A stretch of 64,000 nucleotides of DNA, taken from the human T2T-CHM13v2.0 reference genome, Homo sapiens. The first letter of the stretch is position 1; the number at the start of each line of letters is the position of its first letter. Shown here one piece after another: positions 62,001-64,000 of the stretch. Both the position numbers and the translations under genes were made by a program. The stretch lies in assembly GCF_009914755.1 (NCBI RefSeq), contig NC_060947.1; one strand, 5' to 3'. The notes beneath the pieces are model-generated. The model saw nothing but the letters and a program-made list of their open reading frames with translations. It did not search any database and had not been told where the DNA came from.

Positions 62001-64000
62001 AGAATTTGCCAACCAAATGGAAAACAGAAAAAACACAGGGGTTGCAATCCTAGTTTTTGAAAAAACAGACTTTAAGCAAACAAAGATAAAAAAAAAGACA
62101 AAGAAGGACATCACATAATGGCCCAGGGGTCAATTCAACAAGAAGAGTTAACTATCCTAAATTTATATGAACCCAATACAGGAGCACCCGGATGCATAAA
62201 ACAAGTTATAAGAGAGCTACATAGAGACTTAGACTCCCACACAATAATAGTGGAAGACTTTAACACCCCACTTTCTTTATGAGACTGATCACCGAGAGAA
62301 AATTAACAAAGATATTTGGGACTTGAGCTCAGCTCTGGATCAAGTGGACCTGAAAAATATCTACAGAACTCTTCACCCCAAAACAACAGAATATACATTC
62401 TTCTTGGTGCCACATGGCACTTAATCTAAAATTGATCACATAATTGGAAGTAAAACACTCAGCAAACGCAAAAGAACTGAATAAATAACAAACAGTCTCT
62501 CAGACCATGGCACAATTAAATTAGAGCTCGAGATTAAGAAACTCACTTAAAACCACAGAACTACATGAAAATTGAACCAACCTTTTTCTGAATGACTCCT
62601 GGGTAAATAATGAAATTAAGAGAGAAATCAAGAAGTTGTTTGAGACCAATAAGAACAAAGAGACAACGAACCAGATTCTCTGAGACACAGCTAAAGCAGT
62701 GTTAAGAGGGAAATTTATAGCACTAAATGCCCACATCAAAAAACTAGAAAGATTTCAAATCCACATCCTAACATAACACCTAAAGTAATAGAGAACTAAA
62801 AGCAAACAAACCCCCAAAATAGGAGAAGACAAGAAATAACCAAGCTCAGAGCAGAACTGAAGGAGGTAGAGACACGAAAAACCCTTCAACAAATCAACAA
62901 ATGCAGGAGCATTTTTTTTGAAAAAAAAATTAACAAAATACACATACTGCTAGCTAGACTAATAAAGAAGAAAAGAAAGAAGAATCAAATAGACACAATA
63001 AAAAATGATAAAGAGGATATCACCACTGACCACACAAAAATACAAACAACCATCAGATAATATATAAACACCTCTGTGCACATAAACTACAAAACCTACA
63101 ACAGAAGGATAAATTCCTGGACACATACATGCTTCCAAGAGTGAAACAACAAGAATTTGAATCCCTGACTAGAAAAAGAGCAAGTTCTGAAATTGAGGCA
63201 GTAGTAACTAGCCTACCAACCAAAAAATGCACAGGACTGGATGGATTTACAGCTGAATTTTGCCAGAGGTACAAACAGGAGCTGGTACCATTTCTTCTAA
63301 AACTATTCCAAACAATTGAAAGGGAGGGACTCCTCCCTAACTCATCTTATGAGGCCAGCATCATCTTGATGCAAAAACGTGGCAGAGATACAACAGAAAA
63401 AGAATACTTCAGATCAATATCTCTGATGAAAATTAATGCAACAAATTTTCAATAAAAAACTGGCAAACTGAATCCAGCAGCACATCAAAAAGCTTATCCA
63501 CCACGATCAAGTTGGCTTCATGCCCAGGATGCAAGGATGGTTCAACATAGGCAAATCAATAAACATAATCCATCACATAAATAGATCTGAAGACAAAAAC
63601 CATATGATTTTCTCAATAGATGCAGAAAAGGCCTTTGAAAAATTCAAACTTTCTTTATGTTACAAACTCTCAATAAACTAGGTATTGAAGGAACACACCT
63701 TAAAATAACAAGAGACATTTATGACAAACTTACAGCCAATATTATACTAAAGGGGCATAAGATGAAAGTATTCTGTTTGAAAGCCAGCACAAGACAAGGA
63801 TACCCTCTCTCATCACTTCTATTCAACATACTATTGCAAGTTCTGGCCGGGGCAATCAGTCAAGAGAAAGAAATAGAGGGTATTCAAATAAGAAGAGAGG
63901 AAGTCAAAGTGTCTTTGCAGATGACATAATCCTATATCTAACAAACCCCATCACCTAAGCCTAAAAACTGCTTAAGCTGATAAGCAACTTCAGCAAAGTC
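59031..64000 (+). mobile_element. 5'-intact older L1PA (about PA8-PA13): 5' UTR, ORF1, and ORF2 to the RT region; continues beyond the window
   Basis: 5' end caagatg...caactgaggtac; ORF1 relic about 60720-61745 (QVTYKGKPIRLTADLS); ORF2 start atgacaggatcaaattcacac at 61821; many stops and frameshifts. Confidence 0.93.
59521..59821 (+). mobile_element. AluY-like, inserted in the L1 5' UTR
   Basis: CpG-rich with long poly(A); 13-bp TSD aaaaatgaggctg at 59508-59520 and 59822-59834. Confidence 0.97.

Noticed and set aside
59031-64000. Potentially active full-length L1
   Set aside because: ORF1 and ORF2 are fragmented by many stops and frameshifts, and the 5' UTR is CpG-depleted and interrupted by an Alu.

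Overview
This is primate (human or great-ape type) genomic DNA: AT-rich and dominated by interspersed repeats. It contains about 12 Alus (J, S and Y types), many LINE-1 fragments from old L1M to young L1PA2/3, L2 and MIR relics, MaLR and MER4 solo LTRs, and MER81 and Ricksha DNA transposons. I found no host protein-coding exon, RNA gene, CpG island or CRISPR array; the long ORFs are disabled L1 ORF1/ORF2 pieces. I see no evidence for a new genetic system in the sense of new genes. The most unusual signal is a cluster of local sequence-copying scars. (1) Two independently inserted, 5'-inverted young L1s of different subfamily share private alleles. (2) An inverted pair of old L1M fragments resembles each other more than the consensus. 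(3) One L1PB element is shuffled around a (TA)n tract. (4) Short insertions are copied from templates 0.4-1.2 kb away. Subfamily names come from recalled consensus sequences and need RepeatMasker/Dfam confirmation; boundaries of old repeats are approximate.
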